Of a DNA stretch of 64,000 nucleotides, positions 1-10,550 are shown piece after piece. The notes beneath the pieces were generated by a model. It worked only from the letters and a program-made list of their open reading frames with translations, was not told the origin of the DNA and ran no database searches. Source of the DNA: a virus; IMG/VR virus record IMGVR_UViG_3300035698_021020, positions 1 through 64,000 of that record. One strand, written 5' to 3'. The number at the start of each line of letters is the position of its first letter. The first letter of the stretch is position 1. A program made the position numbers and the translations under genes.

Positions 1-1508
1 TCCAAAAATAATTGGATTCTTATATAATTAATATCAATTGCAGGTAGACCGGTACTAGTTACAGGTGCTTGATTATCAATAATCTTAACATAATATTCAG
101 TAACACCGTCATTTACAATATCTCCATCTTGGATAAATCCTTGAAAATATGATTTATAGAACGCACTACCTTCCATCGCAACTAAGATATTATCATTAGT
201 TCCTTGGTCTACTAAGTATACTTCACCTAATGCTATTGAAGTAGAAGCACCAAAGTCTTGCCATCCAAGTTGGAAATTAGCTTCTGTTACTAATCCAGCA
301 ACAGAAGGATTATTATCAATCACATATACAAGTTCTGCATCTGCTGGTCGTCTATAACTTATTGTATCAATAAGTGGAGTCGGGTCTGCTACGTTTCCAG
401 TATATGTTTCTCCTCCAGTATCTGCAGTATAAACATTTTGTGAATTAAGTTCGTCATATCCATGACCAACAATATCAACTCTATGTGTATCTACATTAGT
501 ATCAGCAAAGTTGTCATTTTCAAAATTAATAAGATCAAGTTTGTCTTCATCTAATGAACACATTATTCCAGTAGTTGGAAATGATCTATTTACTAATCTA
601 TCAATAGCAACAGTTGTTCCTGATTGATCTTTAAAATCTGGGATAAGACATCCAATTGTTCTACTAATTACAGTAGTTTCTCTAAGTGCAAAGAAATCTG
701 CTGATCTATCTTGTTTAAGACCGCTTGGATCAAAAAATTGTCTGTATGCAGGATCAGTCGAAAGTCTTTTGCTATCAGACCAATCTCCATTAAGTACAAT
801 TACTTCAACGAAATAGTCTGAGATGAAATCATCCTCATGCACATATTCTGGAAATTCAATATCACTACCTGCAACAGTTGAATACCATTCCTTCGCAGTC
901 ACATCATATCCACGAAGATCAGCTTTTCTAACCCATATAGTTACATTGCTTTTTCCTAAGTTAACAAATGAAAGTAATTTATTTGATTCTAATGTTACTT
1001 GACCTAATGTACCAGGACTAGATATGAAATCATCGCCAAGTGCCAAGTTTTTAGATCTATTTAGTTGCTCCGATGTAGAGATCCAAAGTTTTTGTCGATT
1101 AAAGAATTGAACAGTAGGATATTCACTAGTTGGGTCCTCATTATTATTTGATGAAGCTTCAGTGTTGAATGTTGAGAATGTTGCCTGATCTTTATTAGCA
1201 ATCACATCAGTGTCGGTATCCAATGGGACAACATTTAATGCAAATACTGGACCTTCTCGTAGAGCTATATCAATAGTTCTATGGAAGTAACTTCCAGCTT
1301 TTTCTAATTTAGGGTCATTATCTCCATAAACTGCTTTTCTAGTTCTAGGTGAATCTATTAATACTACTGTGTTGTATGGTCCTATTCTACTTGATCCAAC
1401 TACCAGTCGACCTGTTGTGAGTGGTAATGTTACTTGTTGGTCATCTATGACTTCTACCGTGTAGACGCCGCTGGCCTTGTAATCATTTAGATTGATCGTT
1501 TGTCCCAT
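1..1508 (-). CDS. Tail sheath protein (gp18-like), 3' end runs off the window
   Basis: Manual translation from ATG at 1508: MGQTINLNDYKASGVYTVEVIDD...GRLVVGSSRIGPYNTVVLI..., a sheath-type N-terminus (SGVY.xE, G...GP). Late box upstream. Not in the ORF track because it is truncated. Confidence 0.8.
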   Translation of the reverse strand, partial: MGQTINLNDYKASGVYTVEVIDDQQVTLPLTTGRLVVGSSRIGPYNTVVLIDSPRTRKAVYGDNDPKLEKAGSYFHRTIDIALREGPVFALNVVPLDTDTDVIANKDQATFSTFNTEASSNNNEDPTSEYPTVQFFNRQKLWISTSEQLNRSKNLALGDDFISSPGTLGQVTLESNKLLSFVNLGKSNVTIWVRKADLRGYDVTAKEWYSTVAGSDIEFPEYVHEDDFISDYFVEVIVLNGDWSDSKRLSTDPAYRQFFDPSGLKQDRSADFFALRETTVISRTIGCLIPDFKDQSGTTVAIDRLVNRSFPTTGIMCSLDEDKLDLINFENDNFADTNVDTHRVDIVGHGYDELNSQNVYTADTGGETYTGNVADPTPLIDTISYRRPADAELVYVIDNNPSVAGLVTEANFQLGWQDFGASTSIALGEVYLVDQGTNDNILVAMEGSAFYKSYFQGFIQDGDIVNDGVTEYYVKIIDNQAPVTSTGLPAIDINYIRIQLFL

Positions 1509-1521
1509 TTCTGTACAGATA

Positions 1522-1537
1522 TTTTTTATTATTTATC
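1522..1537 (-). promoter_or_regulatory. Putative late promoter GATAAATAATAAAAAA upstream of sheath
   Basis: Recurrent motif resembling the T4 late box TATAAATA. Confidence 0.65.
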
Positions 1538-1622
1538 AATCAATGTCTCTAGAATTCTAAAAATGTCGCAAAAATAGAGATCCTATCGATCTCGGTCAGT
1601 ATAAGAGTTTAAACTACTGCAA

Positions 1623-2090
1623 ATGGCTAATATTGATAACACTTGTTCTGAACTGGAGATCGAAGATTTATACTCAGAAAGTACAGATACTCTCGGAGAC
1701 GTTATGCGACTTCAAAAAGATACACAGGAGAACACATATGGTATGAATTTTAAAGACATGAGTTTGAGAGAACTTATGGACTTTTGGCATATTAATACCC
1801 ATGCTCTAATTGATGAAATTCATGAAGCAACTGATGCACTTGGAGGCATTAAAGATGGAGACGGTAATGCTATTTGGAAGAACTGGAAGAAAGCATATGC
1901 TAATTTTGGAGATAAGAAGTTCTCTGATCTCAGCCCTACTGATCAACTTGAAGCCAAATTTGAAGTAGTTGACATATTTCATTTCTTCATGAATCAAGCT
2001 ATTTCAATTGGAATGACTCCAGAAGAATTATTCAATATGTATATGTCTAAGAATAAAGAAAATCGAGACAGACAAGCTCGAGGATATTAA
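1623..2090 (+). CDS. All-alpha NTP pyrophosphatase (dimeric dUTPase/dCTPase, T4 gp56-like)
   Basis: DEIHEA...WKNWK...EVVDIFHF...KNKENRDRQARGY motifs of the dUTPase_2/MazG-like family. Confidence 0.8.
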   Translation: MANIDNTCSELEIEDLYSESTDTLGDVMRLQKDTQENTYGMNFKDMSLRELMDFWHINTHALIDEIHEATDALGGIKDGDGNAIWKNWKKAYANFGDKKFSDLSPTDQLEAKFEVVDIFHFFMNQAISIGMTPEELFNMYMSKNKENRDRQARGY

Positions 2091-2103
2091 AAAAACCATT
2101 AAT

Positions 2104-2388
2104 ATGGAATTAGTAAAAGGGCCTGGAAAAGGCGAAGAAAACCAAAAACCAACGGTGACAGGAGATCCAATTGCAGCACCAGCTCCAATATCAGCAGAAG
2201 CTGTTAGAGAAGCACCATGGGCAAAATGTGAAAAATGTGAAGGAGAAGTCTTCTCTCAAGAAAGAATTAAAATAAAAATGATCTCGAAGTTCTTAACTGG
2301 AGATACACAAGATCAAATTATACCAATGCCAGTGATTGCATGCGCCGCTTGTGGACATGTTAACGAGTTATTTCAACCTAAAATATGA
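2104..2388 (+). CDS. Zinc-ribbon protein
   Basis: CEKC...CAACGH cysteine pairs. Confidence 0.6.
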   Translation: MELVKGPGKGEENQKPTVTGDPIAAPAPISAEAVREAPWAKCEKCEGEVFSQERIKIKMISKFLTGDTQDQIIPMPVIACAACGHVNELFQPKI

Positions 2389-3806
2389 TTGTAGGATCTC
2401 AAGTATTACCTGATGGAACATTGCTCATCTCTTATTATGATAGTAATGGTAAAATTGCTTATTTCAAAAAGAGGCTAATGCCTCATGAACTCTTTAATTG
2501 GGTAGAATCAAAACAACCGACTAAAGATCAAAATTGGAATGGTCTTCCTGTAAAACAGCAAATAACTAAACCACAATATGTAAGTCCACATAGGATACAG
2601 GAAATTATACTTGAAAAGTTCTCGTCTGCTGAATCTGGTCTCATCTATAATAATGATAACTTTCCTAAGAAAGCATATATGGATATTGAGATAAAGGTAG
2701 ATGAGAGTAATGATTTTCCAGATTCTGAAAAAGCTGCAATGGAAGTTGGACTTATTACTTTCTGTGATGAAGACAATGTTTTATACGTCCTTTCATCATT
2801 AGAGAATCAAGAATTTCCAGATGGATTAACTCCAGAAACCATTGTAAAAATGGAAAATGAAGTTCATGAATATTTTAGATCAATTAATCCATTGAAAGAA
2901 TCTGATAGAGCAATTCTAAATCAGACATTTAAGGTTAAGCATAAATTCTTTAAAACTGAGGAAGAACTTATGAAATTTTATTTTCATAAAGTTGCACCTA
3001 AACATTCATTCTTAACTGGATGGAACTTTACAGGATATGACTGGAAGTATCTTATGAATAGGGCAAAAAATCTTAAAATAGATTCTTTGGCTGGTTTTGC
3101 AACAAGTAAGACATTCTCTAAGAATAACATACCGACTCACCTTGGTATGCTTGATTACATGGATATATTTGATCAATTGAAACCATATAAAGTAGTAGAG
3201 AACTTAACTCTTGATTACATTGGAAATCTCACGCTTAATGTTAATAAACTTGATCATGGATATGAAACTTATCATGAATTCCAAAAAGATGCATATCTTT
3301 ATACCTTATATAATGTGATTGACGTTATTATTGTTAAGATGATTGAAGATAAATTTGGACTTTTAGATGTTGCTTTCGAAATGGCAAATATTGCACAAGT
3401 CGAAGTAAGTAGAGCATTCAGTCCAGTATACGTAACTGAGATTTTACTATGTAGAGAATTCTTAAAGGCAAATAAGAAAATGATGAAGCTTCCTTGGGGT
3501 AATACTCCAGAACAAGGAACATATGCTGGAGCATATGTTATGCCTCCTATTCCAGGTCACTATTTTTATGTTGCATGTTATGATTTCGCATCAATGTATC
3601 CAAATATTCAAATTCAATTCAATATTTCTCCAGATTCATATCTTGGAAAAATCGATGAGCTTAGATTAGATGGAACAGAGATCACAACTAAGAACAACAC
3701 AGCATTTGATAATAGGAAAGATTCAATGGCTAGAAATATATTAACTAGCCTTTATAATCAGCGAGTTGAAACAAAAGATCAAATGAAAAAATTAAAAGCA
3801 GCATAA
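2385..3806 (+). CDS. Family B DNA polymerase, N-terminal subunit (3'-5' exonuclease plus motif A)
   Basis: ExoI YMDIE, ExoII GWNFTGYD, ExoIII YNVIDV, motif A YDFASMYPNI. Ends in the fingers domain and lacks motifs B and C. Confidence 0.88.
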   Translation: MIVGSQVLPDGTLLISYYDSNGKIAYFKKRLMPHELFNWVESKQPTKDQNWNGLPVKQQITKPQYVSPHRIQEIILEKFSSAESGLIYNNDNFPKKAYMDIEIKVDESNDFPDSEKAAMEVGLITFCDEDNVLYVLSSLENQEFPDGLTPETIVKMENEVHEYFRSINPLKESDRAILNQTFKVKHKFFKTEEELMKFYFHKVAPKHSFLTGWNFTGYDWKYLMNRAKNLKIDSLAGFATSKTFSKNNIPTHLGMLDYMDIFDQLKPYKVVENLTLDYIGNLTLNVNKLDHGYETYHEFQKDAYLYTLYNVIDVIIVKMIEDKFGLLDVAFEMANIAQVEVSRAFSPVYVTEILLCREFLKANKKMMKLPWGNTPEQGTYAGAYVMPPIPGHYFYVACYDFASMYPNIQIQFNISPDSYLGKIDELRLDGTEITTKNNTAFDNRKDSMARNILTSLYNQRVETKDQMKKLKAA

Positions 3807-4045
3807 TGGCTAAACCGATATTTACCATAGGCTTTCCTAGAGAAGCTGGACAAGAATCACTAGAAGGAGCACAAGAAGGATTAAGTTCAAAACTTGGTGA
3901 TGATTATCACGTAATAGTATATGCTACTAGTAAAACCCGAGACATAAAATTCGACTTATTCAATGTATCTGATGTATCTGACTCAGACATTGAAGAGTTG
4001 AAGGCTATCGTCTTAGATACGATAAAAAATAATGAAGAAGAATGA
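3806..4045 (+). CDS. Hypothetical protein
   Basis: Coupled TAATG overlap with the polymerase N-subunit gene. Confidence 0.6.
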   Translation: MAKPIFTIGFPREAGQESLEGAQEGLSSKLGDDYHVIVYATSKTRDIKFDLFNVSDVSDSDIEELKAIVLDTIKNNEEE

Positions 4046-4293
4046 CACATACCGATGAACTTGTTGGATGGCTTAAGGGCTTTTTTGACGCAAAGAAAAA
4101 TGATGTTAGTAGATCAGACATCAGAAAAATCAGAAAAAAACTAGATGAATATAGTGTAGCTCCACCAGTAGTGATGATACATGATTCACCAACTGGCTAT
4201 GACTTACTTCAAAACAATCCTCCAGTCGATCCAGAATTTTTGGCAGCGATTGCTGACAAGAAAGACGCCACATCTATGGACGAACTGGCTTAA
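4042..4293 (+). CDS. Hypothetical protein
   Basis: ATGA overlap with the previous gene. Confidence 0.55.
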   Translation: MTHTDELVGWLKGFFDAKKNDVSRSDIRKIRKKLDEYSVAPPVVMIHDSPTGYDLLQNNPPVDPEFLAAIADKKDATSMDELA

Positions 4294-4309
4294 AAAAACC
4301 AATACTGTT

Positions 4310-4996
4310 ATGGATATGGAAAGAATGCAGTCTTTAATGGAAAACTTTAGAGGAAATAGTTTCCAATGGATAAAGACTAACGATATGCAGCTACGAGGAA
4401 AAGTAGTAAAATGTCGAGATATTAAACCTCAATCGAATGGAAGGTTCAGTGCAATTTTTGATGATGGATCTCAAATAGATTCAGCTCAACTTACAAATAG
4501 CATGTTAATGATTACTGGAGATACTAAACCTATGTCTATTAGTGAAATAAATTCAATAGCTGGACCAGTAACTAATGCTGCTGCTAGACATGAGAAAGGT
4601 CCAACTGACGGTGGACCTATCGATATTCCAGAACATCTTAAAGAGAATATTGCTCCTCCAGGATCAGGTTTGGAGAATATGAATCCAGGTCACAGGAATC
4701 CACCTCCTCCACCGAGAGCAACAGCACCAAATATGTTTAAAATGTTTAATTCAGATGAAACTGATATAAACATTAAAGTTAAAGTTAAAGTTCCAGACAA
4801 GAAGCTTCTTAAGATGATGTATAATAATGCAGAAGATAAGAGTGTTTTCTTGGAACAGTTATCTGAATATCTATTATCTGTGATAAATAAACAAGTAGTT
4901 ACTGATTCTATGCAAACTTTGCTAGAACCAAAAAGGAAAGCTCCAGTACCTACTATGAATATCACAGAAATAGAAGATGGAAAAGCCAAAAACTAA
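4310..4996 (+). CDS. Hypothetical protein with Pro-rich linker
   Basis: ORF 4181..4996; the start is more likely ATG 4310, just after the upstream stop. Confidence 0.6.
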   Translation: MDMERMQSLMENFRGNSFQWIKTNDMQLRGKVVKCRDIKPQSNGRFSAIFDDGSQIDSAQLTNSMLMITGDTKPMSISEINSIAGPVTNAAARHEKGPTDGGPIDIPEHLKENIAPPGSGLENMNPGHRNPPPPPRATAPNMFKMFNSDETDINIKVKVKVPDKKLLKMMYNNAEDKSVFLEQLSEYLLSVINKQVVTDSMQTLLEPKRKAPVPTMNITEIEDGKAKN

Positions 4997-5543
4997 TATA
5001 AACATAGAGCCTAATGAAGAATATTCAGATGGCAAATATTCAGTTCTTTCTTTTAAAAAGGAAGATGATTCATTTAGAAGAATAACTTGTGATCAAGAGT
5101 CTATTGCGCTTATTCCATTTTGCTCAAATGAGAGCAATCAAATTAAATGTGTTTACTTATCAAAATATCGAGATTATCTTGGTAATTCTGATAAGTTTAC
5201 ATGTATAACAGGAAAAGTAGATAAGAACGAATCTGATTCATATTATGATGTAGTTGAATCGCTAATATCAAAGGAATTGAAAATAAGCGACGTAGACGTA
5301 AATGATATTTATTTCCTAGGTAAAATAGACCACACTGTCCCATTCACAAAAGGATACAAATGTTATGGCGTAGATCTAACTAGGTACCTGGACGCCCCAT
5401 ATGATGATAACTTAGGTAAGAATAGATTATCATCTCGTAATACAATAGATAAAGTCAGGTTCTCCAGAATACTAAATGGGGACGTCACAGACTCTCTAGT
5501 TCTAGCCTCAAGCCTTATACTGCTTTCTTATTTCCAGAAATAG
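4977..5543 (+). CDS. Possible degenerate Nudix-fold protein
   Basis: ITGKVDKNE...ESLISKELKI loosely follows the Nudix box but lacks RExxEE. Confidence 0.35.
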   Translation: MEKPKTNINIEPNEEYSDGKYSVLSFKKEDDSFRRITCDQESIALIPFCSNESNQIKCVYLSKYRDYLGNSDKFTCITGKVDKNESDSYYDVVESLISKELKISDVDVNDIYFLGKIDHTVPFTKGYKCYGVDLTRYLDAPYDDNLGKNRLSSRNTIDKVRFSRILNGDVTDSLVLASSLILLSYFQK

Positions 5544-5588
5544 AACTATTGTTCTCGTTCGAGTAAAAGATAATAAACATTTTAGCAA

Positions 5589-6815
5589 ATGTCTAAATCC
5601 GATACGAACCTCAAAGCGTTCAATAAATTCAATGAACTATTAGAAAAAAATAACAAAACTAAGAGCGGTCTAAAGGGCTTTTCTGATATTACTGAGTTTA
5701 TTCCAACTGGTAATCTTATGCTTAACGCTCTAATGTCTGGCTCACTATTTGGTGGGTATGCCAACTCAAGAAGTACAGGTATGAGTGGCGATTCCGGTAC
5801 AGGTAAAACTTTCCTTGCTATGAATGCTGTTAGAGAAGCGCAGCAGATGGATTACATGGTATTTTATATTGATACTGAAGGAGCATTAGATACAACTGAT
5901 TTTACGAAATTTGGAATTGATATTGATCTTCTACAATACAAAAGAATAGGAGTTATTTCAGAACTTAAGTTTTTTATCCATAACATAATAAAAACAGCTA
6001 CTGATAATCCAGGTATAAAGATAATGGTTGTAGTTGATTCAGTAACTATGCTTGAAACCAATAAACAAGTAACTGATACTGAGGGTGGTAAGAATGCGAA
6101 TGATATGGGACTTACTGCAAAAGAATTAAGATCTTTATTTAAGTCATTTACTTTAGAATTATCAAATCTTAAAATTCCATTATTATTTACAAGTCATATT
6201 TACGATGGAACAGGAATGTTCGCAACTCGTACAATGTCTGGAGGTAAAGGTCCAATGTATGCAGCTAGTGTTGTACTTATGCTTGGAAAGAAACCTCTTA
6301 AAGAAGGTGATCTTAAGACTGGAGTAATCTGTCGAGCTACAACAAATAAGAATAGATTAGCTAAGCCGAGTATAATTGAAATCCATATTAGTTTCCTTAA
6401 AGGAATGAACAAATATGTTGGACTACATTATCTACCATTTAATTTTAGCAATTGCGGAGTAGATCGAGGTTCTAAACTTACTGAAAATCAATGGTCTAAA
6501 TTAAAGCAGCATGAACAAGAAGCTTGCACTAAATTTGATGTTACTGAAAAAGACAAAGATGACAAAGATGTAATTGTTACTTATTATTTTCAACCTAAAT
6601 CTAAAGCTCATAATTATATCCTAAGAGAAACAGGAGAAGCTATTCCGCTTAGACAATTATTTACAGCAAAGGTTTGGACTGAGCCTGTTCTTAGAAAATT
6701 AGATGAATCAGTAGTTCAACCAATGTTTAAATATTCAACTATGAAGGATATACTAGATGACGAAGAATCTGAATTTGATTCATTAGGAAAAGATGAAGAG
6801 CTTGAAGAAGTATGA
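5589..6815 (+). CDS. uvsX: RecA-like recombinase UvsX
   Basis: Walker A GDSGTGKT, YIDTEGA, VVDSV, SGGKG. Confidence 0.9.
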   Translation: MSKSDTNLKAFNKFNELLEKNNKTKSGLKGFSDITEFIPTGNLMLNALMSGSLFGGYANSRSTGMSGDSGTGKTFLAMNAVREAQQMDYMVFYIDTEGALDTTDFTKFGIDIDLLQYKRIGVISELKFFIHNIIKTATDNPGIKIMVVVDSVTMLETNKQVTDTEGGKNANDMGLTAKELRSLFKSFTLELSNLKIPLLFTSHIYDGTGMFATRTMSGGKGPMYAASVVLMLGKKPLKEGDLKTGVICRATTNKNRLAKPSIIEIHISFLKGMNKYVGLHYLPFNFSNCGVDRGSKLTENQWSKLKQHEQEACTKFDVTEKDKDDKDVIVTYYFQPKSKAHNYILRETGEAIPLRQLFTAKVWTEPVLRKLDESVVQPMFKYSTMKDILDDEESEFDSLGKDEELEEV

Positions 6816-7147
6816 TATTAAGTTTATCTCCAGATACACCAATTAAATACCATCTAAAGTTACATAATGAAGTTTCAGAAGATGATAAGTTCTCAGTACT
6901 ATTTGATATTGAGCAGTACATATTAAAGGTAATTGCAGCAAAGGGACGAGATCTAGATATGTCTGGACTCAAATTTACAACCAAATCGTTAAAATATATT
7001 TTCGGCGAGAGAATAAAAGATGAAACCTTTAGGCAAAAAACCGTTAAAAGTATTAAAGACCTTATCACTTCTGGCTTCTTAAGAGTAGAAGAGAAGACGA
7101 TATACATAACAGAGAAAGGATTAACATACTTTTATAAAATAAATTAA
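6812..7147 (+). CDS. Small protein, possible winged-helix
   Basis: C-terminal LITSGFL...IYITEKG resembles a wHTH wing. Confidence 0.4.
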   Translation: MILSLSPDTPIKYHLKLHNEVSEDDKFSVLFDIEQYILKVIAAKGRDLDMSGLKFTTKSLKYIFGERIKDETFRQKTVKSIKDLITSGFLRVEEKTIYITEKGLTYFYKIN

Positions 7148-8634
7148 TGGTAGATTTTGCAGAGAATATTGAGTCGCTTGAGACAATGGTATGGAATTTT
7201 ATACTTAATCCAGATAATGATGAGGATAGTATAAAGAGACCATCACATGACGACTCTTTGAGTAGAAAGGAATTAATTGTACTTATAAATCCTGAATATT
7301 TCAATGATGATAATCAGCATAATGTTTATCGCTTAGCTTTAAAATTCTTCAAAGAATATGACAAGATCCCAAATAGACGAGAGCTTAAAAGCTTTTGTGA
7401 TCTTAATACTTCTGGATTATCGACAGACGAGTTTAATGCATTATATGACTTCAATATAAAGGAACACAGTTATACTTTCCTTTATGATTATGTAAAAGCT
7501 TTCGTATTATTGAGAAATCTTAATATGACATTCTTTGATATGACGGTCTTTTTAAAGACAACTAAGATCGATCCTAAGAATATCGATAGTGTGACTCAAA
7601 AAGTTAGAGACACAATCAATGAAAAGCTTTCAATTAATTTCTCAAGTGGAAATCGTGGATTGAATTTTCGAGATCACTTATCTCACATACAAGTACCTAA
7701 AAATGGTAGCCCAACTGGAATACCATTCTTCGACAAGACACAAGGCGGAGGTTGGAACCCTAAATCTTTAGTAGTATTTCAAGGAAGACCAAAGGTTGGA
7801 AAGTCTACTGTACTTGGTAATGTTGCTACACGGTCATTAGCTGTTGGTAACTTGACAGGACTAGTAACTGTTGAATTATCTGAACGAAAGTATATGAAGC
7901 GGCTTGGTTCAAATCTCCTAAATATTAAAGGAGATGACTATAATCAAATCACTGATGAAGATAAGGCAGAGCTAATTAAAGTCAAACTTGAAGAGTTTGC
8001 TAAGAAGAACGGAAAGGATGGAAATTTATATGTTGCTGAATTTGGTACAGGAAGCTGTACTGCAGTAGATATAGAAAATCACTTTATGCGTATTGAAGCT
8101 AAAGAAAAACGAAAGTTCACAGTTATTATTGTTGACTATATTAATCTTATGGCTTCAATTAAAGCAACTGAGGGCTCATATTCTAAAATAAAGCAAATAT
8201 CTGAGGAACTTAGAGCAGTTGCTCAACGAAACAATTGGTGCATAATAACTGCAACTCAAATTCGTAGAGAAGATGTTAATAACTTTGACTTAAGTATGGA
8301 TTCAGTAGCTGAGTCCTTTGGACTTGTACATACAGTTGATGCTCTTTATGGAATTATGAGAAGTCCATTAGAGAAGAGAATGAAAATAAATGTTATCGCA
8401 AATCGTGATGATGGATATGAAGGAAGCTATAAGTTCTTCGAAATGAGAACAGACTATTTTAGATTGACTGAGGAAGTTGGAATAAATAGTGAATACTATA
8501 GCGATGACGAACAAATCGGTCAGCTAGAAGAAGAAATTAGAGCAGAAACAAATGCTGTTGCTTCTGGACTGAATGATGGAATAACATTAGCTGGTGAAGG
8601 AGATTATGATAATCTCTTTGACGCAATAAAATAA
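7147..8634 (+). CDS. Replicative DnaB-like helicase (gp41-like)
   Basis: GRPKVGKS, ELSE, IIVDYINLM, TATQ, AESFG motifs. Confidence 0.9.
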   Translation: MVDFAENIESLETMVWNFILNPDNDEDSIKRPSHDDSLSRKELIVLINPEYFNDDNQHNVYRLALKFFKEYDKIPNRRELKSFCDLNTSGLSTDEFNALYDFNIKEHSYTFLYDYVKAFVLLRNLNMTFFDMTVFLKTTKIDPKNIDSVTQKVRDTINEKLSINFSSGNRGLNFRDHLSHIQVPKNGSPTGIPFFDKTQGGGWNPKSLVVFQGRPKVGKSTVLGNVATRSLAVGNLTGLVTVELSERKYMKRLGSNLLNIKGDDYNQITDEDKAELIKVKLEEFAKKNGKDGNLYVAEFGTGSCTAVDIENHFMRIEAKEKRKFTVIIVDYINLMASIKATEGSYSKIKQISEELRAVAQRNNWCIITATQIRREDVNNFDLSMDSVAESFGLVHTVDALYGIMRSPLEKRMKINVIANRDDGYEGSYKFFEMRTDYFRLTEEVGINSEYYSDDEQIGQLEEEIRAETNAVASGLNDGITLAGEGDYDNLFDAIK

Positions 8635-8644
8635 TCCAATATGG

Positions 8645-9214
8645 ATGAGTATAGACGACACAGAAAACACATATCATCGTGAGGAATCAAATGAGGAAAT
8701 ACACTCAAGACGTTCTAAAGAAGATAAAATATTCGGAAACGGCTACAAAACCGGTGATGGTCTTTCTGAGGACGATGAATATCAATATACATCATCAATA
8801 GAGGTAGAAGCATCTTATGCTAATAGATACCTAAAGGATATTTACGAATATGAATCTGGGATAGAATCTAACTTTACATTAGATACTATTTTTGATATCG
8901 TTAAAAAAGATAAACGAATCACTACTATTTTAGAAGAAGCTGCATCTGACTCCAAATCAGCTAAGATTAAACTAAAAAGAGAACAAGTTAATTTCATTTT
9001 CTTTAGAATAGAAGAGTTATTATTGGAGGAAACTGATTCATCTATATTCAATAGCTCAATTTATATTTTAGAAGTAATCTCAGCTTTGTCTTCGAATGAA
9101 TATAAGAAATTATTTGATATGCTTGATACAGAAATCCAAGAAAAACTACTTATTGAATTAAATGAGAAGTATAAATTCTTAGATGGCAAGATGAACAAAA
9201 AACGTATACACTAA
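8645..9214 (+). CDS. Hypothetical protein; C-terminus weakly gp33 (late coactivator)-like
   Basis: ILEVIS...LFDMLDTEIQEKLLIEL helical pattern. Confidence 0.3.
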   Translation: MSIDDTENTYHREESNEEIHSRRSKEDKIFGNGYKTGDGLSEDDEYQYTSSIEVEASYANRYLKDIYEYESGIESNFTLDTIFDIVKKDKRITTILEEAASDSKSAKIKLKREQVNFIFFRIEELLLEETDSSIFNSSIYILEVISALSSNEYKKLFDMLDTEIQEKLLIELNEKYKFLDGKMNKKRIH

Positions 9215-9447
9215 TGGGAACCTTTCTAAAAGTCAAAACTGTTTCAGGAATTGAGACGGTTATTAATATGGATAATATATTTCAATATTTTTTCCTACAT
9301 GCTTCACCTAATTCAGGATTATATTTACACACAAGCCAAACATCCTTGATAGTTCATACTATTGTTGAAGCTGAGGCCAGAAAAATGGAAAAGGATATGG
9401 ATAAACTCCTTAAAACTATTGACTTAGCTTCACTATCAAATCAATGA
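9214..9447 (+). CDS. Hypothetical protein
   Basis: Coupled to both neighbours. Confidence 0.55.
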   Translation: MGTFLKVKTVSGIETVINMDNIFQYFFLHASPNSGLYLHTSQTSLIVHTIVEAEARKMEKDMDKLLKTIDLASLSNQ

Positions 9448-10550
9448 TAACATCAATTGAAAACATACGTAAGGTTTTCATATTGGGTGATCTTCATATT
9501 GGAGTTCGCAACAACTCAAAAGAATGGGTTGAAATACAGAGAAACTTTTTAATTAACCACTTCGTCAAACTAGTTGACGAAGAAGGTTTTGATCCTGACC
9601 GAGATATTCTTATTCAACTTGGGGATTGGCATCATGTTAGAGAATCAATGAATGTCAGAGTTTTTCATGAATCATTGATGATAGCTGAAACTCTATGTAA
9701 GAAATTCAAACGTGGAGTTTTTGAGATCGTTGGGAACCATGACGTTTATTACAAAGATAGAACTGATGTCAACTCGATGACTATATTAGACAAGACTATT
9801 GATAATTTCCATGTATATGAGAAAACTACTGTTCTTAATGTAAATGGTCAGAAATTCTTAATGCTTCCATGGATAGAATCAGTATCTGAAATCAAAGATG
9901 AAGTTCTAACCCATGATGATTGTGATTATATCTTCTGTCATGCTGATGTTAAAACCTTTGCTTTGAATCGTAGAATGAAATTGGAACATGGTCTAGAACG
10001 TAAAGATCTTGAGAATTTCAAGCATGTTTTTATGGGACATATTCATATTAGGCAAAATAAAGGAAATGCGACATACGCTGGTACTCCATATGAATTAGAT
10101 AGAGGAGATCGTGGAAATACTAAGGGATTCTATGTATTGAACCTTGAAGATGATTCGATTAAATTCATAAAGAACTTATTTTCTCCCGTCCACGTCAAAT
10201 ATGAAGCGCTTGATATCTTGGAATTAACTCTAACTGAAGCTAAGGAGAAATTCAACAATAACTTTGTCGATATTATGATAGATTCAGAATTAGCTTCTAA
10301 GTTTCCATATGCAGATTTTGCTGAACTTATTGATAATTCAAAACACCGCAGATTAGACTTTTTACCAAAACCTAATTCCAAATCAGCATTAGAATCTGAC
10401 GTAGATTTAAACCAATCATATGAATATAACATCTTTAATATACTTGATGAGAAGATAAATGCGATGAAGATCTCATCAGATGCTGCTGGAAAAATAAAAG
10501 GAAAATTCACACAAGTGTATGATTCAATAAGCGCAGACTCAGCCGAATGA
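9444..10550 (+). CDS. Mre11/SbcD-like nuclease (gp47-like)
   Basis: GDLHIG, LGD, GNHD, GHIH phosphoesterase motifs. Confidence 0.9.
   Translation: MITSIENIRKVFILGDLHIGVRNNSKEWVEIQRNFLINHFVKLVDEEGFDPDRDILIQLGDWHHVRESMNVRVFHESLMIAETLCKKFKRGVFEIVGNHDVYYKDRTDVNSMTILDKTIDNFHVYEKTTVLNVNGQKFLMLPWIESVSEIKDEVLTHDDCDYIFCHADVKTFALNRRMKLEHGLERKDLENFKHVFMGHIHIRQNKGNATYAGTPYELDRGDRGNTKGFYVLNLEDDSIKFIKNLFSPVHVKYEALDILELTLTEAKEKFNNNFVDIMIDSELASKFPYADFAELIDNSKHRRLDFLPKPNSKSALESDVDLNQSYEYNIFNILDEKINAMKISSDAAGKIKGKFTQVYDSISADSAE

Noticed and set aside
3700-3806. Split intein joining the two polymerase halves
   Set aside because: No Cys/Ser-initiated HINT block at the end of the N-half and no (H)N-C/S/T at the start of the C-half.
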